Shown piece after piece: positions 39,090-49,051 of a stretch of 56,486 nt of DNA. The notes beneath the pieces were generated by a model. The model saw only the letters and a list, made by a program, of their open reading frames with translations. It did no database searches and was not told the DNA's origin. How positions within the stretch are numbered: position 1 is the stretch's first letter; each line of letters opens with the position of its first letter. A program made the position numbers and the translations under genes. The stretch spans positions 1-56,486 of the forward strand of contig CAZCRK010000005.1 of NCBI GenBank assembly GCA_964501035.1. Reading direction: 5' to 3'.

Positions 39090-40430
39090 CTATTTAAATC
39101 CACGCAAAATTTTAAACAACCAAAATACACTGACCATTGGTGCAATAATTGATGATGTTAACGGTCCAAACCAGACATAATGTATGGGTTGATGTAAAAC
39201 ATACATTATATACCATGATAATGGTGCACTAATTAACACAACTCTAAATAGTGTTAACACAAACATTGGATTTGCATACCCCAAACCCTGCATGATTCTA
39301 CTACTTGTCATACCGATTGTTACAAATGGATAGGCAAATGCCATAATTTTAAAATAACTAATTGAAATCTTCATTATTTGTTGAGAATCAGTAAATACTG
39401 GAATAATCATATCAATATAGAAATAGAATAGGGCACTAAAAATAATGGAAATAATAACGGCTCGTGAAAGACCATATTTTATAATATTGTTTACAAGGTC
39501 ATACCTTTTTGCACCATGAAACATACCAACCAATGTTACTAATGATGTTGCAATTGATATTATGGGTAAGAAGAATAGATGCTCAATTCTACCAGCGGTT
39601 TGATATCCCGCCACAGCATCAGAAGAATTTAAAATTATATTAAATATAAAAACTCCCATTGACATAATCAACATGGATAGAGATGCGGGTAATCCCAATC
39701 TAAAAATCTCCTTTAAGATAAATGGCTTAAAAGAAAAGTTCTTTATGGAAAGGGTAATATATGCATGATCTTTAAATACCATTGTGTAGGTGAACACACT
39801 AAAAACAATTAATTGACTTATTACCGTGGCAATTGCTGCACCTTGTATTTGATAATAATGTATAAATATTGGATCTAGGATGATATTCAAGACCGTACCA
39901 ACCCCCAATACTTTCATTGGAAATACATTATCTCCTTCACCTGATAAAATTGATCGGAAAAAGACGGACATAATCATAAAAAATGAACCACCTACCATGA
40001 TGTAAAAATATTCCAATGCGGTTTGAGTTGTTAATAAATCTGCACCTTGTGAAAGTAGAAATGATTCACCATAGAAAAATCCAAAAATGAATATCATTAA
40101 CGTTATGACGAAACCGAGTAAAATTACATGTTCAGCAGTATTATCTGCATTTTTTTTATTTTCTGCACCAATGTACTGAGCAATCACAGTAGTTGCCCCT
40201 GATCCAAGTCCAAAAGTAATACCCATCAAAATAAATAAAAATGGAAACACATACCCCATAGCAGCAAGTGCAGTACTACCTACCCATTTACCAATAAATG
40301 CAGTATCTACAAGCATGTAAATTGCTTGTACTGACATTCCCATCATCATGGGGAAAGATAGTTTCCATAATGATTTTTCTGGCTCAGCTATAAAATCTTT
40401 TAATCTACTTTGTTTTGGTTGAATATCCAT
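39090..40430 (-). CDS. MATE family efflux transporter
   Basis: VDTAFIG, LNIILDPIFI and GAAIATVISQ motifs; about 12 TM helices. Confidence 0.92.
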   Translation of the reverse strand: MDIQPKQSRLKDFIAEPEKSLWKLSFPMMMGMSVQAIYMLVDTAFIGKWVGSTALAAMGYVFPFLFILMGITFGLGSGATTVIAQYIGAENKKNADNTAEHVILLGFVITLMIFIFGFFYGESFLLSQGADLLTTQTALEYFYIMVGGSFFMIMSVFFRSILSGEGDNVFPMKVLGVGTVLNIILDPIFIHYYQIQGAAIATVISQLIVFSVFTYTMVFKDHAYITLSIKNFSFKPFILKEIFRLGLPASLSMLIMSMGVFIFNIILNSSDAVAGYQTAGRIEHLFFLPIISIATSLVTLVGMFHGAKRYDLVNNIIKYGLSRAVIISIIFSALFYFYIDMIIPVFTDSQQIMKISISYFKIMAFAYPFVTIGMTSSRIMQGLGYANPMFVLTLFRVVLISAPLSWYIMYVLHQPIHYVWFGPLTSSIIAPMVSVFWLFKILRGFK

Positions 40431-40546
40431 GATTTCTTCTTTAACTAAGCTTAAAATTTACAGAGGTTCTTATATGAAAACATGCGTTTATCTCGTCAAT
40501 AAACTCAGATATTAAGGGGGCAATATCCTGTCTTGTGATTATGTGG

Positions 40547-41764
40547 TTAAAACGTATATTTGATTCCCAATTTGATATGGGAAAAGGATTCATCTAAGGA
40601 CTTAAACATACCATCACCACTAAATTTAGTGAGAGAAGATTCAAATTTGAAATTACCAGTAATAGTATAATCTGCGCTCCCACCAATCATATATCCATTA
40701 TCTTCCAAATTTATGAATGCCATAGCAGATAATTCTAAACTATCATCCATAAAATTTTGCTTGGCGGAGAGCATTAACGCCTGATCAGAAAACATTGCAA
40801 AAGGTGTACCCATGCCTGGTTNNNNNNNNNNNNNNNNNNNNNNNNNNNNNNNNNNNNNNNNNNNNNNNNNNNNNNNNNNNNNNNNNNNNNNNNNNNNNNN
40901 NNNNNNNNNNNNNNNNNNNNNTTGAGAATTCAAAATTAACTCTGATTCTGTAGTATATTCTAATTGATATACGCCTTGGTAATATTGTGCAGAAATATCA
41001 CCATCATCATTTTTGGTGTCAAAGTAGGCAACCTCACATCGGTATGTAAAATCATTCCAAAAACCAAGTAGGTTTAACCCAAGTATGTTAGTGTTTCGAT
41101 AACTAAAATTATTTCCTGTAAAAGAAGCTATTCTGTCATACCCATTAAGATAGGATAGAGTTAAATCACTTTCGCCTAGGGTAGTAGTACCAGACAAACC
41201 AAATTCTAGTGGTTCATTAATACTTGAAATATTCATGTCTTCAATATCTTCAGAATCTTTTGAAAGTGGGAAGTCTGGTTCATCAATCACCAATCTATTT
41301 GGAGTATGTTCCGGAATAACAACAGCTTGTAGTTGCCAATTTTCTAAATAATAGGTTGCAGACATGGATAGGCTTCCTAGTTTTCGTTCTGTATCTGGAG
41401 AAAACAGGTAGTAATAGTCATAGGCATTAATATTGTCAGTCGGATTGTTTCCATCAGCAATACCCCATGAATGAATTTGTTTTCCTATCCTAAATTCACC
41501 CCAAAACGGGTAATATGCTATATATGCTTCTCTCAGTTGAGGTTCTAAATAGTTACTATCAGACCACTTGATTTCAAGTGCAGAATTTACAATGAAATCA
41601 ATATTCCCAAAGGTATATCCCAAATCAAGTGTTGTAACTCTAAACGGAAGTGAAATATCTGAACCATCTGTAATATTAACCATTCCCATTGGTTGAAAAG
41701 TCCCTTGATATTGAAATTGGGAAAGTAAAAATGTTGGAAACAATACAATTAGTAAAAATCTCAT
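40547..41764 (-). CDS. DUF1302-like outer-membrane beta-barrel (spans an assembly gap)
   Basis: LREAY, IGKQIHSWGIADG.NPTD.IN motifs; C-terminal KYTF. Confidence 0.7.
   Translation of the reverse strand: MRFLLIVLFPTFLLSQFQYQGTFQPMGMVNITDGSDISLPFRVTTLDLGYTFGNIDFIVNSALEIKWSDSNYLEPQLREAYIAYYPFWGEFRIGKQIHSWGIADGNNPTDNINAYDYYYLFSPDTERKLGSLSMSATYYLENWQLQAVVIPEHTPNRLVIDEPDFPLSKDSEDIEDMNISSINEPLEFGLSGTTTLGESDLTLSYLNGYDRIASFTGNNFSYRNTNILGLNLLGFWNDFTYRCEVAYFDTKNDDGDISAQYYQGVYQLEYTTESELILNSQXXXXXXXXXXXXXXXXXXXXXXXXXXXXXXXXXXPGMGTPFAMFSDQALMLSAKQNFMDDSLELSAMAFINLEDNGYMIGGSADYTITGNFKFESSLTKFSGDGMFKSLDESFSHIKLGIKYTF
40822..40921. other. Scaffold gap (100 N)
   Basis: Run of n characters. Confidence 0.99.
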
Positions 41765-41773
41765 AGCAACTCC

Positions 41774-42514
41774 TTAATGTTGGTGTTGAATAAAATACAT
41801 GGTCATAATTCCTGCAATGATTAAAACGGTTTGAATAATGCTATCTTTTATCTTGTTCTTCTCATGTAAATGTGGAATTAAGTCTCCAATTGCAATATAT
41901 ATGAAACTTGCAGATGCTATTCCCATAATATATGGTGTGGCTACACTTGCCCATTCCAAGAAAAAATATGCAAGTACACCACCAAAAACAGCAGAAATTC
42001 CTGAAATTATGTTTAACCCAAACGCTTTTTGTTTTGAATAATTATTTTTCAATAAAATTGCAAAATCTCCCACTTCTTGAGGAATTTCATGGGTGATAAC
42101 AGAAAATGCAGTTGCCATTCCGAGCGGAACAGATGTAATAAATGCAGCTGCAATTACAATACCATCAATAAAATTATGGAAGGCATCCCCAATGAGAATC
42201 AAAGGCCCTGAAGCCTCATGAACATGACAATCCGTATTATGACAATGACGCCATAACACGATTTTCTCAAGAAGGAAGAATAAAATAAGCCCAACTAAAA
42301 CAGTCATAAATACTGTCGTAGATGGTAGAGTGTCCAGAGCATGGGGTATCAATCCGAGGAATGCTGCCCCCAGCAAAGTTCCGGTGGCGTAGCTGATGAA
42401 TCCAGGGAGGATGACCTTCCAAATTTTTGATGGGAATAGAAGCAATATGCTTGCAAGTATAATTGCTCCCAGACTCCCTAATATTGAAAAAAATATGATG
42501 TATGTTAATATCAT
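41774..42514 (-). CDS. ZIP family metal transporter
   Basis: WRHCH..CHVH loop; GDAFHNFIDG and HEIPQEVGDF motifs. Confidence 0.92.
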   Translation of the reverse strand: MILTYIIFFSILGSLGAIILASILLLFPSKIWKVILPGFISYATGTLLGAAFLGLIPHALDTLPSTTVFMTVLVGLILFFLLEKIVLWRHCHNTDCHVHEASGPLILIGDAFHNFIDGIVIAAAFITSVPLGMATAFSVITHEIPQEVGDFAILLKNNYSKQKAFGLNIISGISAVFGGVLAYFFLEWASVATPYIMGIASASFIYIAIGDLIPHLHEKNKIKDSIIQTVLIIAGIMTMYFIQHQH

Positions 42515-43254
42515 TTAGGAAGTCGTTTTAAGTTTTTTTCTTGAAATAATGAAGATTTCACACCTGAATCGAGTTCAATATTTTCAAAATTTAATTTTGT
42601 AGTATGATTTTTTTGCACATTGTTTACAAAAATCTCAACAGGTGTATCATAATTTTTAATATGTTTATACACAAATGTTTTTTCTTTTAATAGGTTACCA
42701 CTTTTATCAAATGACTTTTCTTTATACGGTACTAAAGTTATTTTTTCAATCCAAGTTAAGTGAAGACTATACTCAGATTTTACTTCTTTATGAGGAGTGG
42801 TTTCTAAAATATAATATTCTTTATTATCTATTGTGTCAACTCCAGCGATATGATAATTATTTTCTGAAAGATCTCGATTAGTTAAATCTTCATAACTCAA
42901 ATCAGACCCCATAAATGCATCCGATTTTTTCTTAGAAGAAATACGTCTAACTTTTTTAAAAGCTGGTAACCAAAGTCGTATTTCATCATCTTTATCTTCA
43001 TGTTCAATTTTAAGAAGCGCTACCCCCTTATCATCTGCAGGTGAAAGAAAGTAAATCATTTGTTTTTCACCTCCATCTTGAGAAATACTGCGAATACTTG
43101 ATGTGCGAGTTTTGCCCTTTTTATTGGTTAATACCATAGTTAAATTGGCTTTCATATCTTTTGCTTTTGGTTTCGCATCAATTTGTTTTGCAAGTTCACC
43201 ACCCGTTAATGAGAAAGCAAATGAAATACAGCATAAGTAGATAAATATTTTCAT
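42511..43254 (-). CDS. LolA-like outer-membrane lipoprotein-sorting protein
   Basis: FLSPADDKG..LL, LWLPAFKKVRRI and FMGSDLSYED motifs. Confidence 0.85.
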   Translation of the reverse strand: MKIFIYLCCISFAFSLTGGELAKQIDAKPKAKDMKANLTMVLTNKKGKTRTSSIRSISQDGGEKQMIYFLSPADDKGVALLKIEHEDKDDEIRLWLPAFKKVRRISSKKKSDAFMGSDLSYEDLTNRDLSENNYHIAGVDTIDNKEYYILETTPHKEVKSEYSLHLTWIEKITLVPYKEKSFDKSGNLLKEKTFVYKHIKNYDTPVEIFVNNVQKNHTTKLNFENIELDSGVKSSLFQEKNLKRLPK

Positions 43255-43255
43255 A

Positions 43256-45550
43256 TTATTCCTTAATTAAATGTTTCTTAAACAGTTCTAAAGACGATGC
43301 TAAAATGGTTAAAGTTCCAAGTGAAGTTGAAATCATTGCAAACACCATTAATCCACCCATGTGTACAAGTGGAATGAGGGTAGAAAACATGAGAGCGCCA
43401 AATCCCATATTTGAAAATGCATCCAATAATATTGGGTATCCAACATCATCCATGGATTTTTGACTTATTTTATTTAAATCCACTCCATTTTTAGAATAAT
43501 GAATGAACTCAGCAATGTAATGAATTGAAAAGTCAACTCCCACACCAATAATAATCGAGGACAATAGTGCTGTAAAATGGCTTAAATGCACACCAAACCA
43601 ACCCATGAGTCCAAAATTGAGAATTACAGCAGAACTTAATGGAATAACAGATAAAATTCCATATTTCCAAGATTTAAAGAAGATCCAAGCAATTGCTCCA
43701 ATGATAAGAATTGAATAGAATATACTCGTTAATGATGACTCAACAACTAAATCCACAAAGTCGTTTAAGAACATTAACATTCCAGAGACATGCACAGTCA
43801 TATCGCTATTGTTGTTATTTTGAATAAACTTGTTAATTGTATCTGCATGTGCAACAACTTCTTTGGTAGATATTGTTTGCATCATGGCAGTTATTAGACC
43901 AGTTTCATACTCATAATCTACTAATGCACTAAAATCATCATCATCACCAGACATTGAATACATAGTGAATAAATTATTTACTTTATTTCTTTCATTGGGA
44001 ATGGTTTCAAATTTTGGATTATCATCCATTACAGACTTATGCATTTCTTTGATAACATCCGCCAATGAAATAGTAGTGTTAACCGTTGGCATGGACTCTA
44101 AAAAATCTTGAATTTTAACCATATCTCGCAAATTTTTTGGATCTTTCATATCCCCTTCAAGCTTCATTACCATGCTCATGGAACCTGACATTTCTTTGTC
44201 TAAAAATATAGTCGATTCTCGTAGAACATTACCAGGTTTGAAAAAATTGATTACATTTACTTCAACCTCAATAAATTGAAAACCAATGAGTGAAAAAAGA
44301 ACAATTGAAATTCCTCCCAATAGAACTTTCTTAGGTCTTTTAATAATATCCATTCCAAATCGATGAATAATATTTTCTATGATACTTGGTTTGGATAATG
44401 CGGTGGATTTTAGATTCCACTTTTTAAGTGAAATTAATGAAGGGAGAAAGATTGTGGACAGTAACCATGCCCAAATAATTCCAAATCCAATGGTTACACC
44501 ATAGCCAACCATTGGTTGAATAGGTGATGCAAGAAGTGTTAAAAAAGCAGCTACAGTTGTTATTGATGTTAAAAATATTGGTAACATTAGCTGATTCATA
44601 GTTTTTCGGATTGCTATTTCAATATTTTTATGTTTTCGAGCTTCTCTAAAGAATCGTGATACTACATGGACACCATCGGAGTTAGCAATTGTTAACAAAA
44701 CAATTGGCATGGATGTATTTAACATAGAAAAGTAAAAGCGAGATGTTTTAGTAAAGTGAACTACCCATCCCATAAATCCCATCATAGCAAGTGCAGACAT
44801 CACGATAACTGCAAGAACCATTGCAACTGCTGACCAATTTCGCAGATTTACGAGTAGTACTATAATCATTAAAATGAGTCCAACACTCATTAAAGTGCCT
44901 ACTTCACCCACAATAATTTCTGGGATTTTACCAACAATGTAAGACTCACCACCATAATGAAATTCAAAATCATTTTCGTAAGACTTCGTTATTTTGGATA
45001 CTTCTTGGGTAAGTTGTGGGTAATGTAAATTATCTATTGGACGGATGACCACATTCATAAAATTCCCATGACGGCCCAAAATGCGAGAGGAAACTCCAGT
45101 ATTTTCCTCAAGATACAATTTGATTTCAGAAATTTCTTCATCTGATAATTGTTTTTGTGGCATGAGTTCATTTACTTCCATCCAACCATCATCGCTGTCA
45201 ATTCTATTCAGTGTTGCAATAGATATAACTTCTTCAACGAGAGGTTTTCCATCTAATTCAATTTTTTCAAATTCTTTGGTTAGCTCCCAGGCAGTTTCAA
45301 GCGCTTTGGAGTTGTATATTGTTTGATTGGTGTTTCCAAATGCGACAAACATAAATTCAGTTTCACCAAATTCTTCGTTAATTTCTTCCCAAACAACACG
45401 TGATGGGATGTCATTTGGCAGAAGATTCATAATGTTGTCGTCTACGATTATATTGCGAACACCAAATCCAATAATTAACGTCAAGAGGACCATAATTAGA
45501 ACAGTGAGTTTTGGACGTTTCAAACTATTGTTTATAAACCATTGCTTCAT
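43256..45550 (-). CDS. MMPL/RND family transporter
   Basis: Two TM repeats; IANSDGVH and GVGVDFSIH motifs. Confidence 0.88.
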   Translation of the reverse strand: MKQWFINNSLKRPKLTVLIMVLLTLIIGFGVRNIIVDDNIMNLLPNDIPSRVVWEEINEEFGETEFMFVAFGNTNQTIYNSKALETAWELTKEFEKIELDGKPLVEEVISIATLNRIDSDDGWMEVNELMPQKQLSDEEISEIKLYLEENTGVSSRILGRHGNFMNVVIRPIDNLHYPQLTQEVSKITKSYENDFEFHYGGESYIVGKIPEIIVGEVGTLMSVGLILMIIVLLVNLRNWSAVAMVLAVIVMSALAMMGFMGWVVHFTKTSRFYFSMLNTSMPIVLLTIANSDGVHVVSRFFREARKHKNIEIAIRKTMNQLMLPIFLTSITTVAAFLTLLASPIQPMVGYGVTIGFGIIWAWLLSTIFLPSLISLKKWNLKSTALSKPSIIENIIHRFGMDIIKRPKKVLLGGISIVLFSLIGFQFIEVEVNVINFFKPGNVLRESTIFLDKEMSGSMSMVMKLEGDMKDPKNLRDMVKIQDFLESMPTVNTTISLADVIKEMHKSVMDDNPKFETIPNERNKVNNLFTMYSMSGDDDDFSALVDYEYETGLITAMMQTISTKEVVAHADTINKFIQNNNNSDMTVHVSGMLMFLNDFVDLVVESSLTSIFYSILIIGAIAWIFFKSWKYGILSVIPLSSAVILNFGLMGWFGVHLSHFTALLSSIIIGVGVDFSIHYIAEFIHYSKNGVDLNKISQKSMDDVGYPILLDAFSNMGFGALMFSTLIPLVHMGGLMVFAMISTSLGTLTILASSLELFKKHLIKE

Positions 45551-46164
45551 GGTGTAACAATTCCCTTCAAAATAAAGGATCTAATTTCAGTTTTCAAGTC
45601 ATCAATCGACGGCATATTTTCATCTGTACTTGACACTAATTTTTCTAAAATTGGCATAGACATAAATGGAAATACAATTGCACCTACAATCATTGAGTAA
45701 GTTATCATATCGAATGCGGATGATTTTTCAGAATTCAAAGTACTTTTCCATAAGGGAATCATAGATGACATTTTTTCAAGTAAAAATTGAGAAATATATT
45801 TTCCTTCATTAACTTGTTCTCGTGCAATGAGTTTTGCAAAAATCAACTGTTTCTTTTTTATGACAGAAAAATATGCGTCAATAATGGATTCAATTACATC
45901 ATTAATTGGTTTTTGTTTCTTTAATGATTGAGCAATATGTGTATAAATAGGAGAAATTAATCGATCCATTACTGCAATGTTGAGACCATCTTTATTTTTA
46001 AAATAATAAAATATTAGATTTTTGTTTATATCCGCAGATTCTGCAATTTCTCTAGTCGTTGCACCATTAAATCCCTTTTGTGCAATAATCACCTCAGCTA
46101 CATCTAATATTCTGTTGCGAGTTTCATCAATATTTGCTCTTTCGGATTTCTTTGGTCGTGCCAT
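45547..46164 (-). CDS. TetR/AcrR family regulator
   Basis: GFNGATTREIAESA..NKNLIFYYFKNK HTH. Confidence 0.9.
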   Translation of the reverse strand: MARPKKSERANIDETRNRILDVAEVIIAQKGFNGATTREIAESADINKNLIFYYFKNKDGLNIAVMDRLISPIYTHIAQSLKKQKPINDVIESIIDAYFSVIKKKQLIFAKLIAREQVNEGKYISQFLLEKMSSMIPLWKSTLNSEKSSAFDMITYSMIVGAIVFPFMSMPILEKLVSSTDENMPSIDDLKTEIRSFILKGIVTP

Positions 46165-46172
46165 GGTTGTAA

Positions 46173-46196
46173 TTTATTGACCAAGCGGTCAATAAA
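46173..46196. promoter_or_regulatory. Putative TetR operator
   Basis: Perfect palindrome TTTATTGACC-AAGC-GGTCAATAAA, 8 bp upstream of the tetR ATG and overlapping a TAAATT element. Confidence 0.75.
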
Positions 46197-46317
46197 CAAA
46201 GAAATTATCTTAATACATTGATATTAATGGTTCTTCACAGATTCGAGTACTTGTTTAACGTGCTAGCTCTGTGGAGTTTACTCTAAACTCCATTCGACAT
46301 ATTACCATTTTGCGTGT

Positions 46318-46374
46318 CATAAACTCAGGTTTTACGCTGCCCGCTTTTGGCGTCCGCAACAGCGGTTGTTAGCA
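46318..46374 (-). mobile_element. Degenerate integron attC site of the GNAT cassette
   Basis: Minus strand TGCTAAC AACCGCTGTTGCGGACGCCAAAAGCGGGCAGCG...GTTTATG, just after the stop codon. Confidence 0.55.
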
Positions 46375-46383
46375 AGCTTTATT

Positions 46384-46920
46384 CTATTCATTTCTAATCT
46401 TAGAAAATATTTCAACATCGTTATACTTTCCTTTTGCGTAGAACTTTTCTCTCAATATTCCTTCACTTCTAAAACCACACTTTTCTAGTACTTTTTTTGA
46501 TCCAATATTCTCAATAAAACAATTTGCTTCAATCCGATTTACATTTAGTTCATCATAACAATATCTATTGACTATATTTAATGCTTCTGTCATTATACCC
46601 TTATTCCAGTATTCTCTAGACAATGCATAACCAATCTCAATAAAACCATGTATTTTGTTATAATTAAATAATCCAATTGTACCTATCATACATTTTGCTT
46701 GGTTATCAATTATGCCCCAATCAGAAGGTTCATCTTTTTGGTACTTCGTTAAGATAGAATCAACAAATTCTTTAGTATCATCAATTGATTTATGATAATC
46801 CCAACCAACATATCTATCAATTTCTATATCAGAAGCATATTTAAATATTGAGTCAATATCTTCAGGCTCAACCTTCCGAAGAGTTAGTCGTTTTGTTTTT
46901 AATCGTGGATTGAAACTCAT
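46384..46920 (-). CDS. RimJ/RimL-type GNAT acetyltransferase (gene cassette)
   Basis: LKTKRLTLR, EIGYAL..YWNKGIMTEA and NIGSKKVLEKCGF..EG motifs. Confidence 0.9.
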   Translation of the reverse strand: MSFNPRLKTKRLTLRKVEPEDIDSIFKYASDIEIDRYVGWDYHKSIDDTKEFVDSILTKYQKDEPSDWGIIDNQAKCMIGTIGLFNYNKIHGFIEIGYALSREYWNKGIMTEALNIVNRYCYDELNVNRIEANCFIENIGSKKVLEKCGFRSEGILREKFYAKGKYNDVEIFSKIRNE

Positions 46921-46946
46921 TTATTTATAATCACAATTTTGAAGCT

Positions 46947-47004
46947 TGCTAACGACCAAACTCAGCGGTGGTGGTTAGCCGTCCGCTGGAGTGCCTTGTT
47001 AGCT
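46947..47004 (-). mobile_element. Integron attC site (58 bp)
   Basis: Minus strand AGCTAAC AAGGC ACTCCAGCGG ACGGCTAACCACCA CCGCTGAGT TTGGTC GTTAGCA has R'', L'', L' and R' with an extrahelical base in L''. Confidence 0.85.
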
Positions 47005-47567
47005 GCCAAATTAATAGCTTTACCCAATTTATCATACTTAACATAGTCTGGTTCTAAATCCAGTAAGCTGGACAAAGTAATTGTTTTTTGATGCGGAACC
47101 TCTTCATCCAACACAGAAGTGTGAAGAATATAAAAATTCCATTGCTCCAGTTGTAGGGGATTAACCGTATTTTTATCTTTATGGGCAAGTACACAAAAAA
47201 TATAGATATCAGATTTTCTGCTTCTCTCAGAATTTCTGGATTGAGTTTCTCCTTTTGGCTGAATACCGAAGATAATTTTTGACAATTCAAATTGCTTCCA
47301 ACTTTGCAAATAAGATGATGATTTAATTTCTATCTTAATGCCTGTATCTGTGAGTAAATCATACTCATCCCACTCGACTCGTAGATTTCCTGTTTGACCA
47401 ATGCTTGATGCAACAATGAACTCAGCCAATTTTCCACGCAGAGCATTGCCCAATAAATCAGAACTTGACCATTGCCAAAAATTAAGAACATCAATTGGTT
47501 GTTCTTGACTGTTGAATGAAAAAGTTTCACTTCCAATTTTCTTGTTTACTTTTATTTCATCTAACAT
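46962..47567 (-). CDS. PD-(D/E)xK nuclease-like hypothetical protein (gene cassette)
   Basis: RGKLAEFIV...YDL...IEIKSS; AGGA SD before ATG 47567; C-terminus reads into attC. Confidence 0.6.
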   Translation of the reverse strand: MLDEIKVNKKIGSETFSFNSQEQPIDVLNFWQWSSSDLLGNALRGKLAEFIVASSIGQTGNLRVEWDEYDLLTDTGIKIEIKSSSYLQSWKQFELSKIIFGIQPKGETQSRNSERSRKSDIYIFCVLAHKDKNTVNPLQLEQWNFYILHTSVLDEEVPHQKTITLSSLLDLEPDYVKYDKLGKAINLAANKALQRTANHHR

Positions 47568-47578
47568 CGGTATTCCTA

Positions 47579-47747
47579 TGGCACCCAACCATGCTTATCC
47601 CGCTTTGGTGATATTGTATATCCCGCCAAAATGGCGGGATAACCATTGTTTTGTTTTTCTTTGTAACTATCTTGTAATAAATTGAGTTAAACCAATTATC
47701 ACCTCTTTTTCAATAATGATATCCTGCTAAAAAAGCGTGATAACCAT
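47579..47747 (-). mobile_element. attI-like region at the head of the cassette array
   Basis: GTTGGGTGCCA core; TATCCCGCCA-AAA-TGGCGGGATA palindrome; 29-bp direct repeat at 47618 and 47719 (24/29 identical). Confidence 0.45.
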
Positions 47748-47842
47748 ATTTAAAATTACATTTAATATTTTTTATTAGATAGAACTAATTCTAGACTATT
47801 AAAAAATAGAACAACCAAAAGTATCGTTGTTTGTGAAGAACC

Positions 47843-48646
47843 TTACTTTATGTTAAACTGACTAGATTCAATCTCAGAACTAAACACAATTCTTGCAGGG
47901 CCGGTAAGCCATACTTCAGACCAGTTAGAATTAAATTCTACAGATAACTCACCACCTGGGACTTGAATATTTATAGGTGAAACAAGGTTATGTTTTTGAG
48001 CTAAGTAATAGGCAGATGCAGTTGCACCTGAACCACAAGATAACATAACCTGTTCTATTCCTTTTTCGTATGTAATTACTTTAATTGTATTTTTACTTAG
48101 CACCTCAGAACAATTTACATTTATTCCATGTGGAGAGAAAACGTTATGATTTCGAATTTTAGGACCAATATCAGCAACTAAATGTGGTGAAACATTTTTG
48201 ATTTCTGTAACAAAATGTTTTGCTCCAGAATCTACATGTTTCCCTAGATAATTGTTAACTTCTAATTCATCTGTTTTGAATGTAGGCGTTTTCATTGATA
48301 GACGAATTTTATCTTCATCAACAATGTGAATAAAATGTTTTCCATCACCGGTTAACATGGTCATTTTATCCGAACACTTCCCAGTAGAATACATTAACAA
48401 TCCTGCACAACGCGCACCATTAGCACACATTGTTTCCCAACTTCCATCAGAATTATAGTAGTCCATTTTAAAATCATAACCACTGCATTCAGATAAAATG
48501 AGGACACTATCTGCACCTATACCTGTTTTACGCTTACATATTTGCTGAATAAATTGTGAATCTGTTATATAATCTGGACATGATTCTTTAACAAAAATAA
48601 TGAAATCATTTCCAGTACCATGAGCTTTAGTAAAAGGAATTTTCAT
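47843..48646 (-). CDS. dapF: Diaminopimelate epimerase
   Basis: KAHGTGNDF, MCANGARC, YEKG...SCGSG and LTGPA motifs. Confidence 0.95.
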   Translation of the reverse strand: MKIPFTKAHGTGNDFIIFVKESCPDYITDSQFIQQICKRKTGIGADSVLILSECSGYDFKMDYYNSDGSWETMCANGARCAGLLMYSTGKCSDKMTMLTGDGKHFIHIVDEDKIRLSMKTPTFKTDELEVNNYLGKHVDSGAKHFVTEIKNVSPHLVADIGPKIRNHNVFSPHGINVNCSEVLSKNTIKVITYEKGIEQVMLSCGSGATASAYYLAQKHNLVSPINIQVPGGELSVEFNSNWSEVWLTGPARIVFSSEIESSQFNIK

Positions 48647-49051
48647 TTAAGAATGGGTTAAATAATACCCTATAAAATAAACCATTCCTAAAATTGCAAG
48701 TTGAAGTGGACGTAAAATATCTACCCATAACTTATATTTTAACTTTCCATCCAAATATGCACTTGTTTTCATTCGAATAACATGTACCATTGCAATTGCG
48801 ATAAGTCCCAACGTTAGTTTAGGATGAAATTTAGGAATGCTAAACCATATAGTATTTTTAACTAAAATGATAGCACCAAGGAATAGAATTAAAGATGAAA
48901 ACACATTTTCGCCAGATATAAGCCGTCCATAAACAGGGGTCTTCAGTTTATCAGGTTCACTACGGTATAAAACCCAAATTATTGTTGCAGCCATAGCATT
49001 AATTATAAAAATATTAGCTGCCCATCGATGTAATACATGTAATTCTTCCAT
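48647..49051 (-). CDS. Hypothetical 4-TM membrane protein
   Basis: Four hydrophobic segments; abuts both neighbours. Confidence 0.55.
   Translation of the reverse strand: MEELHVLHRWAANIFIINAMAATIIWVLYRSEPDKLKTPVYGRLISGENVFSSLILFLGAIILVKNTIWFSIPKFHPKLTLGLIAIAMVHVIRMKTSAYLDGKLKYKLWVDILRPLQLAILGMVYFIGYYLTHS

Noticed and set aside
40822..40921. Apparent in-frame X stretch in the beta-barrel gene
   Set aside because: It is a placeholder scaffold gap; its true length and content are unknown.
46253..46292. Possible third attC (palindrome TGGAGTTTA-CTC-TAAACTCCA and a GTTAAAC on the minus strand)
   Set aside because: No convincing R''/L'' partner or cassette ORF; at most a remnant.
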